Of a DNA stretch of 64,000 bases, positions 29,338-39,713 are shown one piece after another (positions within the stretch are counted from its first letter, which is position 1; each line of letters opens with the position of its first letter). The notes below the pieces were generated by a model. It had not been told where the DNA came from, ran no database searches, and saw nothing but the letters and a program-made list of their open reading frames with translations. Made by a program: the position numbers and the translations under genes. Origin of the DNA: Planctomycetota bacterium (GTDB taxonomy: Bacteria > Planctomycetota > JAFGQW01); NCBI GenBank assembly GCA_016935485.1, contig JAFGQW010000216.1, forward strand, positions 14,649 to 78,648, in the 5' to 3' direction.

Positions 29338-31374
29338 ATGGCGACCTCCGGATCACGCGACTTGAGCCCGGCACCCGACCGGTCCGAGGCGGCTCCGGTC
29401 ACCGACGTGGTACTCTTCACCAGTGGCGTCGGCTGCTTCTGTCGCGCCGGGAAGATCACGGGTGACGCCTGCCTGGAGCTCGTCTTCAGCGCCGAGCAGC
29501 TGAACGACCTGCTCAAGAGCATGGTGGTGCTGGACCTGGACGGCGGGCAGGTGACCGGGATCAGCTACGCCGCGCAGGATCCGGCCGGCAAGGCCCTGCA
29601 GGCCTTCGGCGTGAACCTCGCCGGGAACCCCTCGCTCGGCTCGGTGCTCGGCCAGCTCGGCGGCGTGCCGCTGGCCGTGGCCACCGCCGACGGCGAGTGC
29701 CGCGGGAAGGTCCTGGGAGTGGAAACCCGGCAGCGCAAGACCGAGTCCCGCGACATCCTGAGTCAGCTCGTTTTGAGCCTCTTCACCGACAGCGGCATCC
29801 GCGCCTTTGCCGTGGAGGAACTCCGCGAGATCCGGATCCTGGACCCCTACCTGGCGGCGGACCTCGACAAGGCTCTCGCCGTGCTGGCCCGGAGCCGCGA
29901 CCGCCAGCGACGCACCGTGACCGTCGGCCTGGCCGGGAAGGGCGAGCGCCGCATCCGAATGACCTACCTCCTGGAGACCCCCGTCTGGAAGGTCAGCTAC
30001 CGTCTGGTGCTTGCCGAGAAGCCGTTTCTGCAGGGCTGGGCCGTGGTCGACAACACCACCGACGACGACTGGAAGGACGTGCAGCTGGCGCTGGTTTCCG
30101 GCCGGCCGATCTCCTTCATCCAGGATCTCTATACGCCCCTGTACCTGGCACGGCCGGTCGTCACGCCCGAGCTCTACGCCGGCCTGCGGCCGGTGAGCCA
30201 CGCGGAATCCGTCGGGGGCGCGGCCGCCGGCAGCCTGCCGCTCGCGAAACTGGCGCAGGACGACGCGGACGCACTGCAGGAAGCTCCCATGATGCGCGTG
30301 ATGTCCGCACCCGCCCGCCATCGCATGGACCGATCCATGGACGCCGAGGAGAGCTACGGAGGAGCGCCGTCCAGGGGAGCGCTCATGGAAGCGGCCGAGG
30401 CCGCCGCCATCGGGGGGGAGGCCGGCGAGCTCTTCCGCTACACGGTGAGCACACCGGTGAGCATCGCCCGGAGAAGCGCGGCGGCGCTGCCCATCATCGC
30501 CGCGGGGGTCGAGGCCGAGAAGCTCTCGATCTACAACGCGGACCATCACCCCAGCCACCCGTACAGCGCCTGCAAGATGAAGAACTCGACCGGCCTGACC
30601 CTGATGGGCGGGCCCATGACCGTCTTCGACGGGGATGTCTATGCCGGCGACGCCCAGGTGCCCGGCATGCAGCCCGCCGAGGAGCGCATGATCAGCTATG
30701 CGCTGGACCTGGCCTGCAGTGTGGACACGGAGCACTTCGGAACCACCCGCGAAGTGGTCGGACTGGCCATTGCCCGCGGCCATCTGCGGGTCACGCAGCG
30801 AGAACGCCAGCGCACGCGGTATCGCCTCAAGAACAAGAAGGATGCGCCGAAGACCGTGATCGTCGAGCATCCCTACGATGCCGACTGGGAGCTCAAGGCC
30901 CCCAGGAAGCCCGGAGAACGCACCGACTCGCACTACCGATTCCGCATGGCGCTCGCGGCCAGCGCCGGCGCCGACCTGACGGTGGATACCCAGCGGACCA
31001 CCTGCTCGTACGAGGACCTGGGCGATCTCAGCGAGTCGCGGGTCTCCTACTACGTCAACGGCCCGGTTTCTCCGGAGGTCAAAGCCGCGCTCCAGGCCGT
31101 CCTGGAGATCCGCAAGCAGATCGGCACGGCCGCCGCCGACCGGGAGGCTCTGGAAAGGCGCAAGGCCGAGCTCTTCGAGGACCAGAAGCGCATCCGCGCC
31201 GATCTCGGCGCCGTGCCAGCCGGCTCCAAGCTTCGCGACCGCTATACGAGGAAGCTCGCCCAGCAGGAAGACCGGATCGACCAGCTCGAGGACCGGCTGG
31301 AGGCGGCGCGCGCCGAGGAGCGCACGAAGCAGGAGGAACTGGCGGCCTTCCTCGAGAAGCTGGAGCTGGAGTAG
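29338..31374 (+). CDS. DUF4139/DUF4140 (MuiA-like) family protein with C-terminal coiled coil
   Basis: Start at Met 161 of the track ORF after GGGAGAG. N-terminal VTDVVLFTSGVGCFCRAGKITGDA (DUF4140-like), central TYLLETPVWKVSYRLVL...GWAVVDNTTDDDW (DUF4139-like), C-terminal charged coiled coil. Confidence 0.65.
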   Translation: MATSGSRDLSPAPDRSEAAPVTDVVLFTSGVGCFCRAGKITGDACLELVFSAEQLNDLLKSMVVLDLDGGQVTGISYAAQDPAGKALQAFGVNLAGNPSLGSVLGQLGGVPLAVATADGECRGKVLGVETRQRKTESRDILSQLVLSLFTDSGIRAFAVEELREIRILDPYLAADLDKALAVLARSRDRQRRTVTVGLAGKGERRIRMTYLLETPVWKVSYRLVLAEKPFLQGWAVVDNTTDDDWKDVQLALVSGRPISFIQDLYTPLYLARPVVTPELYAGLRPVSHAESVGGAAAGSLPLAKLAQDDADALQEAPMMRVMSAPARHRMDRSMDAEESYGGAPSRGALMEAAEAAAIGGEAGELFRYTVSTPVSIARRSAAALPIIAAGVEAEKLSIYNADHHPSHPYSACKMKNSTGLTLMGGPMTVFDGDVYAGDAQVPGMQPAEERMISYALDLACSVDTEHFGTTREVVGLAIARGHLRVTQRERQRTRYRLKNKKDAPKTVIVEHPYDADWELKAPRKPGERTDSHYRFRMALAASAGADLTVDTQRTTCSYEDLGDLSESRVSYYVNGPVSPEVKAALQAVLEIRKQIGTAAADREALERRKAELFEDQKRIRADLGAVPAGSKLRDRYTRKLAQQEDRIDQLEDRLEAARAEERTKQEELAAFLEKLELE

Positions 31375-31439
31375 CCGCCCGGCGGTCCGCCACGGCGACT
31401 CCGCCGCCGCACACTCTTCCGTGGACGGACGGTGACGCG

Positions 31440-33101
31440 ATGCCCATCCGACTCTCGCGGCTCATGGCCGCCGCGCTGGTCATTCTCGCGCTGATCCCGC
31501 TCTCGAGCCTCGCGGCGGCGCAGGCGGCGGAGCGCGCCGACGACGCAACGCTCGTCGTCCTCGACACCGGGAAGATCACCGGCTCGGTGAGCACCGACCA
31601 GCCCCCCGTGCGCGTCTACCGCGGCATCCCCTACGCCGCCCCGCCGACCGGCGAGCGCCGCTGGAAACCGCCGGCTCCGGCGGAGCCGTGGACCGATGTG
31701 CGCGCGGCGACCGCCTTCGGCCCCGCCTGCCCGCAGCCCGCACCTGTCCTCGGAACCAACCCGCGTGCACAGTCCGAGGACTGCCTCTACCTGAACCTCT
31801 GGACCGCCGCCGAGCGGGCCGAGGAGCGCCGTCCCGTCATGGTCTGGATCCACGGCGGCGGCTTCACCACCGGCGCCGGCTCGCAGCCCTACTACGACGG
31901 GAGCACGCTCGCGCGCCAGGGTGCCGTCGTGGTCACGATCAACTACCGGCTGGGCCCGTTCGGCTTCCTCGCCCACCCCGCCCTGTCCGCCGAGTCCCCG
32001 CGCCAGGTCTCGGGCAACTACGGCCTGCTCGATCAGATCGCGGCCCTCGAGTGGGTCCGCCGCAACATCGCGGTCTTCGGCGGAGATCCCGCGCGGGTCA
32101 CGATCTTCGGCGAGTCCGCGGGTGCGGTGAGCGTCGGCTGGCTGCTCGTCTCCCCGCTCGCCCGCGGGCTCTTCCACCGCGCGATCCTGCAGAGCGGAAC
32201 GGCCGGCGGCCGCCTTCGGCACGTGAGCCGCACCTGGCAAGGCCGCGAGCCGATGGAGGCCGTCGGCAGCCGGCTCGCCGGCGAGCTCGGTGTCGAGCCC
32301 GGGACCGACCTGGCCGCCGCGGCCGCGCGGCTGCGCGCCCTAGACGCCGAAACGATCCTCGCCGCAGCGCGACCGGCCCAGGGCCTCTTCGGCCGCGGCG
32401 TCAAGTTCGGCCCGGTCCTCGACGGCTGGGTGGCGCCGGACGATCCATGGGCTCTGCTCGGCCGCGGCGAATTCGGTCGTGTCCCGATCCTGGTCGGCGC
32501 CAACGCCGACGAGGGCACCGTCTTCCTCCGCCAGCTCGATGTGAAGCGCAAGCTCGGCTACCGGCTGCTGCTCCAGTCCTTCGCCGGCGAGCATGCCGAC
32601 GAGCTCTACGCCTGTTTCCCCGCCGCCACGAACCGCGACGTGCCGGCGGCCCTGAACCGCCTCGTCACGATCACGGCCTTCGTGGCGCCGGCCCGTGCGC
32701 TGGCCCGCGAGGTCGCGCGCCACGGCGGCAAGGCTTGGCTCTATCACTTCACGCGCGCCGCCGCGACCGGACGCTTCGCGAGCACCGGCGCCTTTCACGG
32801 GGCGGAGATTCCCTACGTGTTCGGCCGTCTTGCGGCAAGCCCGGACGCTCCGCGCCGGCAGTTCCGCTACGAGGAGATCGACCGCCGTCTCGCCGCCGCC
32901 ATGAGCGCCGCCTGGGTGCGGTTCGCCACCGCCGGCGACCCCGGCGGTGAGGGTCTCCCGGAGTGGCCGGCCTACGATCCGGCAGAGGACCGGCTGCTCG
33001 TCTTCGGCAACGAGATCGCGGCGGCCGCAGGTCTGGAGCGGGAAGCCTGCGATCTGGCCGACCGGCTCCGCGATCGGCTCGGCGGCGCCGGCGACCACTG
33101 A
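31440..33101 (+). CDS. secreted carboxylesterase type B (para-nitrobenzyl esterase-like)
   Basis: Signal peptide MPIRLSRLMAAALVILALIPLSSLAAAQA. EDCLYLNLWTA. Nucleophile elbow GESAGA. Oxyanion HGGGF. The track ORF 29697..33101 has an antisense-junk 5' part. Confidence 0.9.
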   Translation: MPIRLSRLMAAALVILALIPLSSLAAAQAAERADDATLVVLDTGKITGSVSTDQPPVRVYRGIPYAAPPTGERRWKPPAPAEPWTDVRAATAFGPACPQPAPVLGTNPRAQSEDCLYLNLWTAAERAEERRPVMVWIHGGGFTTGAGSQPYYDGSTLARQGAVVVTINYRLGPFGFLAHPALSAESPRQVSGNYGLLDQIAALEWVRRNIAVFGGDPARVTIFGESAGAVSVGWLLVSPLARGLFHRAILQSGTAGGRLRHVSRTWQGREPMEAVGSRLAGELGVEPGTDLAAAAARLRALDAETILAAARPAQGLFGRGVKFGPVLDGWVAPDDPWALLGRGEFGRVPILVGANADEGTVFLRQLDVKRKLGYRLLLQSFAGEHADELYACFPAATNRDVPAALNRLVTITAFVAPARALAREVARHGGKAWLYHFTRAAATGRFASTGAFHGAEIPYVFGRLAASPDAPRRQFRYEEIDRRLAAAMSAAWVRFATAGDPGGEGLPEWPAYDPAEDRLLVFGNEIAAAAGLEREACDLADRLRDRLGGAGDH

Positions 33102-33190
33102 CGCTTGCGGGGCCGTCCGGTCCCGTCTTGTGCAGCCGGCCTCCGGCGCGATAGAATCCGGCGCGCAAAACCGCACCCAGGAGAACCACG

Positions 33191-34903
33191 ATGTCGCCGC
33201 GCCGCCGACGGTCCCTCCAGCGGCAACCCCTGCTTGCCGCCTTCGCCCTGCTCGCCCTGGCCGCTCTCGCGCCGGCCCAGCCTCCCAGCGGCCCCGCGGG
33301 CCGGGCAGACGACGAGGACGCACTCTTCCGCGGGATCGAGGTCACCCGCTGGGACGACCCGCACACCCGGCCGGACACTTATGCCGAGTATCTGGCCGCC
33401 CGCGCCCGCCACGCCCTCGACGCTCCCTTCGCCGCCGAGGTCGTCTACGTCAGCCCACCGGGAATCTACGCGGGCACGCAACGGATCGACATGCTGGTCG
33501 CCTCCCCGCTCGAGACCGCGCTTGAACCCGAGCTCACGCAGTACGCCCAGGATCTGGAGGCCGAGGGCTGGGGCGTCGTGATCTGGAAATGCACGGGCGG
33601 CACGCCGCCAGAGGTCCGCGCGTTCCTCCAGGGCCGCCGCGCAGAGGCGCAGATCCTCGGCAGCATGATGATCGGCGACCTGCCGGTCGCGTGGTACGAG
33701 ATGGACGACGACTTCAACAACACGCACTCCGAGTTCCCGTCGGACCTCTACTACATGGACCTCGACGGCACGTTTGGCGACGGGGATCAGGACGGCAAGT
33801 TCGACTCCCACGACGTCTCGCCGACCGGCGACCAGCGGCCGGAGATCTTCCTCGGCCGGCTGCGCGCGAGTCCGCTGGCCGGCACCTGGGGCACAGAAGT
33901 CGAGCTGCTCCGAAACTACTTCGCCAAGGTCCATGCCTACCGCGCCGGCACGCTCTCGGCGCCGCGGCAAGCGCTCGCCTTCCAGGACGACGACTGGTAC
34001 ACGATGGCCACCGAGCAGGCGAAAGCCTACGCCACGGTGGTCACGGTGTCGGACAAGTACGAGACCACGGCGGCGAACTACCAGGCGCGCCTCCTCGAGA
34101 GCTACCACTCGGTGGTCGTGTGCGCTCATTCGAGCCCCAGCGGCCACAGCTTCAAGGTGCCGGCGTCCAGCGGCGGTTCGCTCAGCAACACCGCGCTCTG
34201 GGCCCTCGATCCACCGGGTCTCTTCTACAACCTGTTCGCCTGCTCCAATGCGCGCTACACGTCGACCCGTTACATGGGCGGCGTCTACATCTTCGTGAAA
34301 TCGACGGGGCTGATCGCGGTCGGCACCACGAAGACCGGATCCATGCTGTCGTTCGGCGATTACTATGCGAGCCTCGGGCGCCACGACACCTTCGGCGAGG
34401 CATTTCGCTCCTGGTTCGCGCGGCGCTGGCCGTACTCGCTGACGGCCCGCCGCTGGTTCTACGGGATGACCCTGCTGGGCGATCCGACCCTGCGCATCCG
34501 CCAGGCGTCGCTTGCCGCAGACTACACCTCCGCCGGCCCGGGCCAGGGGTTCACGGTGGACTTCGCGCTCGACGGCCGCCCCGACCGGGCGGGAGATCCC
34601 TACGTGATCCTCGCCTCCCAGACCGGCACCTCGCCCGGCTTCCCCGTCCCCGCCACGCGGGTGCCGCTGGTGTTCGACACCGTCACGTGGTTCTTTCTGT
34701 TCGCGCTCAATGGCCCGGCCTTCCCGAACAGCTGCGCCACGCTGGACGCCGCCGGCCAGGCCCGCGCGCGGCTCCGGCACGCGGGCCCCATCCCGCCGGC
34801 CCTCCTCGGCCACGAGCTCCACTTCTCCGCGCTGCTCAGCGACGCCCGGACGCTCGGGTTCCGGGCCGCCACGCCGCCCGCCACGGTGAAGCTTGTCGAA
34901 TGA
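33191..34903 (+). CDS. secreted peptidase C25 (gingipain-like) family protein
   Basis: Signal peptide. Blocks colinear with the gingipain catalytic domain: HSSPSGHSF (His region), LFYNLFACSNARY (Cys region), GLIAVGTTKTGSM, WFYGMTLLGDPTLRIR. Confidence 0.6.
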   Translation: MSPRRRRSLQRQPLLAAFALLALAALAPAQPPSGPAGRADDEDALFRGIEVTRWDDPHTRPDTYAEYLAARARHALDAPFAAEVVYVSPPGIYAGTQRIDMLVASPLETALEPELTQYAQDLEAEGWGVVIWKCTGGTPPEVRAFLQGRRAEAQILGSMMIGDLPVAWYEMDDDFNNTHSEFPSDLYYMDLDGTFGDGDQDGKFDSHDVSPTGDQRPEIFLGRLRASPLAGTWGTEVELLRNYFAKVHAYRAGTLSAPRQALAFQDDDWYTMATEQAKAYATVVTVSDKYETTAANYQARLLESYHSVVVCAHSSPSGHSFKVPASSGGSLSNTALWALDPPGLFYNLFACSNARYTSTRYMGGVYIFVKSTGLIAVGTTKTGSMLSFGDYYASLGRHDTFGEAFRSWFARRWPYSLTARRWFYGMTLLGDPTLRIRQASLAADYTSAGPGQGFTVDFALDGRPDRAGDPYVILASQTGTSPGFPVPATRVPLVFDTVTWFFLFALNGPAFPNSCATLDAAGQARARLRHAGPIPPALLGHELHFSALLSDARTLGFRAATPPATVKLVE

Positions 34904-34912
34904 ACCGCTGCG

Positions 34913-36466
34913 CTACCGGTGCTCCACGGTGTAGACGTTGGAGGCGCCGGGGAGGCCCACCGTGCCCAGCAGCACGCCGGTCTGCGGATCGGCGAGCACG
35001 AGCTGCGCGTTCGGGAACGTTCCGATGCCCATGAGGCTGCCGTCCCGCGCGAGCCCGCAGGCCCACGCACCCGGCAGTGCCGGGAGCGGGCTCAGGGGCT
35101 GATACGCGAAGAACGTGATGTTGCGCGGGTTGAGGTCAAGCCGGCCGGCCCAGCCCGTACCGCCGAAGCCCGAGACCACCGCAAACGTCCCGTCCGGAGC
35201 CATCTCGATGTCCGCGGGCGCCGAGCCGAAGGCGACGGGGGGCACACTCGTCACCCCGATGTTCTGGATGCCGGGCTGCGTCGGGTCGTGGTCCAGCCAC
35301 TGCGCTCCGACGACGTCGTAGCGGGCGATCTCCGCCGGATTGGTCCCGGCGTTCTGGATGAGCACCAGGACGACATCCTCGTCTGGCGTGAACACGACCC
35401 GGGTCGCGAGCGAGAGGCCGCCGGTGCCGCTCATCGGCACCGGCGCGGTCACCAGGTTCTTCAGATACGACGCGCTCCGCGGATCGGTGTCCACCAGCAC
35501 GAGATTGATGGTGTTGATGAAGCCGACGAGCACGGCGGCCTGCTTGCCGCTGCGCGCCAGGGCCCAGCGCTCGGTCATCGGGTTGCCGCCCGTCAAGTTG
35601 ACGGTGTTCGCCAGCAGCGTCCCGAAGCTCGGGCTGGCCGGGTTCGCCACGTCGAGCGCCACGAGCTCGCGCTGGCTGCTGCCCGGATCCGTCAGCGTGT
35701 AGAGGCGCTGGTTCGCCTTGTCGTAGCCGATCCCGTAGCACCCGCTGCCCGCCGAGGTATAGACCGTGCGCCATACCGGCACGGTCGTCGTGACGTCCGC
35801 GTAGTTCACCTGGCTCGTGAAGCTGGAACCCACGAAGAGCCCGCGCCCCCCGTAGGTGAACGCGGCGCCGGTGACGTTGTCGCTGAACGTCGCCCCCCCC
35901 TGGTGCACGAGGAGGTTCACCTGGGGGTCGACCAGGTAGTACGGGTCGATGTTGCCGCCCACGGATGTGCCCACGAACACGAGCGGCGGGTAGGTCAGCT
36001 CGATCTTGAGGCCGCGCGAGGTCGCCGGGGAGCCCGGCATCGGAAAGTCCATGGCCACGAACTGGGCGAAGAACTCCGCGCCCGCAAGCGCTGGCATCGG
36101 CGGGAAGGCGAGCGGCACGGGCACGATCGCCGTGCCCGCCCCGGGCTGGTTCGGGGTGCCGCCCAGCACGATGGGCCGGATCAGGATCGGATCGGGCGGA
36201 ACGAGCCCGATCAGGATCTCGGTCTTGCCCAGGAGGAACCGGCCCGGCCGGGTCGAGACCCCGAGCAGCCCGGTCCCGCCGCCCAGCCCGTTGTGGATCC
36301 GGAACGTGAAGAGGCCGTTGCCCATGAAGGCCTGGTTGCAGCTCAAGACGGGCGTGAAGCCGCCGGTGCCCGGCTGGCCGTTTCCGTAGGGGTCCTGGGC
36401 GGCGGCGGCGCCAGCCAGCACCGCAAGCAGGACGGCAAGGACAACTCCACCGCGACGGCATAGCAT
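34913..36466 (-). CDS. secreted hypothetical protein (signal peptide; Gly/Thr/Pro-rich beta-type protein)
   Basis: MLCRRGGVVLAVLLAVLAGAAAAQDP signal. No recognised domain. Convergent with the C25 peptidase, with a 10-bp gap between their stops. Confidence 0.6.
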   Translation of the reverse strand: MLCRRGGVVLAVLLAVLAGAAAAQDPYGNGQPGTGGFTPVLSCNQAFMGNGLFTFRIHNGLGGGTGLLGVSTRPGRFLLGKTEILIGLVPPDPILIRPIVLGGTPNQPGAGTAIVPVPLAFPPMPALAGAEFFAQFVAMDFPMPGSPATSRGLKIELTYPPLVFVGTSVGGNIDPYYLVDPQVNLLVHQGGATFSDNVTGAAFTYGGRGLFVGSSFTSQVNYADVTTTVPVWRTVYTSAGSGCYGIGYDKANQRLYTLTDPGSSQRELVALDVANPASPSFGTLLANTVNLTGGNPMTERWALARSGKQAAVLVGFINTINLVLVDTDPRSASYLKNLVTAPVPMSGTGGLSLATRVVFTPDEDVVLVLIQNAGTNPAEIARYDVVGAQWLDHDPTQPGIQNIGVTSVPPVAFGSAPADIEMAPDGTFAVVSGFGGTGWAGRLDLNPRNITFFAYQPLSPLPALPGAWACGLARDGSLMGIGTFPNAQLVLADPQTGVLLGTVGLPGASNVYTVEHR

Positions 36467-36724
36467 GCGTCACCTCCTGTTCTCGAACGTCTCCTCGATT
36501 ATGAGGCCCCGCATGAAGGCCGTCAATCCACGGCCGCCCGGCCGGCCGGCCCGCGCCGGTGCCCGGGGCGCCCGCCACACCCCGGAAGAGAACGTTGCCC
36601 TGGACCCGGGGGAGCGGCTATGGGTTTGCCCATTCCGCGGAATCGCCCCTCCGCAGCCGCGCCGCTGCCGCGGTGAGCATCACGTCCCTGCGACGGCGCT
36701 TCGCGTTCTGCCCCGGAGGACTCC

Positions 36725-37909
36725 ATGCCGCTCAAAGCCATCCGCGAGTTCTTGAAGCTCGAGGCCTCCAGCGGAATCCTCATCGTCGCGTTCGCCGTAC
36801 TCTCGCTCGGGTGTGCGAACATCCCCGGGCTTGCCGACCTCTACAAGGCCTTCCTCGAGATCCCGATCGCGGTGCGCATCGGCGCCCTCGCCCTCGACAA
36901 GAACATCCTGCTTGTCGTCAACGACTTCCTGATGGCCATCTTCTTCCTCCTGGTCGCCCTGGAGATCAAGCGCGAGCTGCTCCAGGGCGAGCTCAAGGGG
37001 CAGCTCGCCCTGCCGCTCGCCGCGGCAATCGGCGGTGTGCTGGTGCCCTCGGGCCTCTACGCCGGGCTCAACGCCCACGATCCCGTGGCCATCAACGGCT
37101 GGGCCATCCCGGCCGCCACCGACATCGCGTTCTCGCTCGGCGTGCTCGCCCTGCTGGGCAGCCGCGTGCCCACCTCGCTCAAGGTTTTCCTGATCACCGT
37201 GGCCGTGGTGGACGATCTCGCCGCCATTGCCATCATCGCGATCTTCTACACCGGCCAGCTCTCCCTGGTCGCCTTCCTGCTCGCCCTGGCGGGCATCACC
37301 GGCCTGACCGCCGCCAACCGGCTCGGCTGCCGCAACCTCGGTGTCTACTTCTGGATCGGCGCGTTCGTCTGGGTGTGCGTGCTCAAGTCCGGCGTGCACG
37401 CCACGCTGGCCGGAGTGGCGGTGGGCTTCGCGATCCCGCTCCACGTCAAGCGGCCCGACGGCAACCGCTTCGCGCTGGCCCGCAACCTCGAGCACATGCT
37501 CCACCCGTGGGTGGCGTTCGTCATCATGCCGCTGTTCGCCTTCGCCAACGCCGGGGTGAGCTTCGCGGGGGTGGCGGCCGACAACCTGCTGGACACGACG
37601 CGGCTCGGCATCGGGCTGGGACTCGTCGTGGGCAAGCCGATCGGTCTCGTCGCCGGAGCGCTCGTCGTGGTCAAGCTCGGTCTGGCGCGCCTGCCCGAGG
37701 GCGTGGGCTGGCGCCACCTCGCGGGCATCGGCTTTCTCGCCGGGATCGGCTTCACCATGAGTCTCTTCATCGGGGCGCTGGCGTTCGAGGACGCCGGTCC
37801 CGCCCTGGCGGTGTCGGTCCGCCTGGGCGTGCTCGGCGGCTCCGTGATCGCGGCCACGGTCGGCTACCTGCTGCTGCGCGTCACGCTGCGGCCCGTGCCG
37901 GCGGACTGA
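36725..37909 (+). CDS. nhaA: Na+/H+ antiporter NhaA
   Basis: 394 aa. NhaA motifs VAVVDDLAAIAIIAIFYT (DD pair), GFTMSLFI, LGVLALLG. Confidence 0.95.
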   Translation: MPLKAIREFLKLEASSGILIVAFAVLSLGCANIPGLADLYKAFLEIPIAVRIGALALDKNILLVVNDFLMAIFFLLVALEIKRELLQGELKGQLALPLAAAIGGVLVPSGLYAGLNAHDPVAINGWAIPAATDIAFSLGVLALLGSRVPTSLKVFLITVAVVDDLAAIAIIAIFYTGQLSLVAFLLALAGITGLTAANRLGCRNLGVYFWIGAFVWVCVLKSGVHATLAGVAVGFAIPLHVKRPDGNRFALARNLEHMLHPWVAFVIMPLFAFANAGVSFAGVAADNLLDTTRLGIGLGLVVGKPIGLVAGALVVVKLGLARLPEGVGWRHLAGIGFLAGIGFTMSLFIGALAFEDAGPALAVSVRLGVLGGSVIAATVGYLLLRVTLRPVPAD

Positions 37910-37952
37910 GGGCCCGCCGGCACGCCCTCCCGCCGGCCGCTCGCGCGGGCCC

Positions 37953-39713
37953 TCAGTCGGCGAAGTAGGCGCGCAGCACATACTGCTGCATCATGCGCTG
38001 GGTGTTGAAGAAGGAGCCGTTCAGCGCCAGCGCGTGCCGCATCACGTCGAGGTAGCGGGCACGGTCGCGGTAGTAGAGCGGCAGGACGACGTGCTCGAGC
38101 TTCTCGTAGATGGATTCCGCGTCCCGCGCCCACCGGTCCTCCGCGTCCTCCTCCTTGCCGATCGACCAGCCCGTCACCCCCTCGATGCAGCCCTCGATCC
38201 ACCAGCCGTCGAGCACGCTCAGGCTGGGGACGCCGTTCAGCGCCGCCTTCATCCCGCTGGTGCCCGACGCTTCGTTCGGCGGCAGCGGCGTGTTCAGCCA
38301 CAGGTCCGCGCCGGCGGTAACCAGGCGCGCGAGCGCTGTGTCGTAGTTCTCGAGGTAGACCACCTTCACGTCGCCCTGCAGCGTCCGGGCCGCCTGCACG
38401 ATGCGCTGGATCAGCTCCTTGCCGCCCTGATCCCGGGGGTGGGCCTTGCCCGCATAGACGATCTGCAACCCCCCCTGCTCGCGGGCGATCCGGCGCACGC
38501 GCTCGACGTCGGCAAAGAGCAGATCCGCCCGCTTGTAGGTGGCGGCGCGGCGCGCGAAACCGATCGTGAGCGTCTCGAGATCCATCCCGGCATCGCTCTT
38601 CTGGTTGACGTACTCCAGGAGCTCGCGCTTGCCCTCCTGGTGCGCCGTCCAAAGTTCCTCCCGGGGAATGCCGAGCGCGTACCGCAGGCTGAAGTTGTCC
38701 TCCTTCCAGCCCTCGACGTAGCGGTCCAGCAGGGCCTGCACCGGCCCGCCCACCCAGGTCGCCGCGTGCACGCCGTTGGTGATGGCGTCGACGTGGTAGC
38801 CGGCGAACATCAGGCGCGAGACCTCGCCGTGCTTCTTCGCGACGCCGTTCACGTAGCGGCTGAGATTGAGCGCCAGATGCGTCATGTTGAGGTGCGCTCC
38901 CGGGCGCACCAGCTTCCGCATCCGGTCGGTGACCTGCGCGGGCGGAAGTTGCAGGATCCGGGCCAAGAGATCCACGCAGAAGCGGTCCTTCAGGTCCATG
39001 CCGTAGTCGTCATCCGGCATCACGCGCTGCACGAGCTCCAGCGGGAACTGGTCGTGGCCGGCGGGAACGGGGGTGTGCGTGGTGAAGACGCACCGGCCGC
39101 GCACCGCCTCCACATCCTCCTGGCGGAACTCGGTCCGACCCGCGCGCTCGGCCTCCTCCCGGAGCAGCTCGAGGGTCAGCAGCGCGGCGTGGCCCTCGTT
39201 CATGTGGAAGCGGCGGATGTCGGCGTGGCCGAGCGCGCGCAGCATGCGAACCCCGCCCATGCCAAGCAGGATCTCCTGGCAGAGCCGGTAGTGATCGTCG
39301 CCGCCATAGAGGTGATCGGTGAGACCGCGATCCCACTCCGTGTTCTCGGCCAGGTTCGTGTCGAGGAAGTAGACCGGTACCCGATAGCCGCTCGCGCCCA
39401 CGACCTCGTACTTCCAGGCCCGGACCCGGACGTCGCGCCCTTCCAGACGCACGGTGGCCCGTGCCGGCATCTCCGCGAGGTACGTGGACGGAGTCCACAC
39501 CGTAGGCTCTTCCGTCTGCCACCCGTTCGGATCGAGGCGCTGGTGGAAGTAGCCCTTGTTGTAGAGGAGCGTGACCGCCATCATCGGCACGCGGAGATCG
39601 GCGGCCGAGCGGATGGTATCGCCCGCCAGGGCGCCGAGACCGCCGCTGTAGGTGGGCAGCCCGGACTCGATGGCGATCTCGAACGAGAAGTAGGCGATCC
39701 GGCGGTCACTCAT
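37953..39713 (-). CDS. glgP: alpha-glucan (glycogen/maltodextrin) phosphorylase, GT35 short form
   Basis: Start at Met 59 of the track ORF ([14 protein letters not shown]...). Motifs [33 protein letters not shown] (PLP-lysine region). Confidence 0.9.
   Translation of the reverse strand: MSDRRIAYFSFEIAIESGLPTYSGGLGALAGDTIRSAADLRVPMMAVTLLYNKGYFHQRLDPNGWQTEEPTVWTPSTYLAEMPARATVRLEGRDVRVRAWKYEVVGASGYRVPVYFLDTNLAENTEWDRGLTDHLYGGDDHYRLCQEILLGMGGVRMLRALGHADIRRFHMNEGHAALLTLELLREEAERAGRTEFRQEDVEAVRGRCVFTTHTPVPAGHDQFPLELVQRVMPDDDYGMDLKDRFCVDLLARILQLPPAQVTDRMRKLVRPGAHLNMTHLALNLSRYVNGVAKKHGEVSRLMFAGYHVDAITNGVHAATWVGGPVQALLDRYVEGWKEDNFSLRYALGIPREELWTAHQEGKRELLEYVNQKSDAGMDLETLTIGFARRAATYKRADLLFADVERVRRIAREQGGLQIVYAGKAHPRDQGGKELIQRIVQAARTLQGDVKVVYLENYDTALARLVTAGADLWLNTPLPPNEASGTSGMKAALNGVPSLSVLDGWWIEGCIEGVTGWSIGKEEDAEDRWARDAESIYEKLEHVVLPLYYRDRARYLDVMRHALALNGSFFNTQRMMQQYVLRAYFAD

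Noticed and set aside
29697-31439. 5' 580 codons of the 1134-aa + ORF
   Set aside because: Only the part from Met at 31440 (signal peptide plus esterase domain) is protein-like. The upstream part overlaps the DUF4139 gene in another frame and is Arg/Pro/Gly junk.
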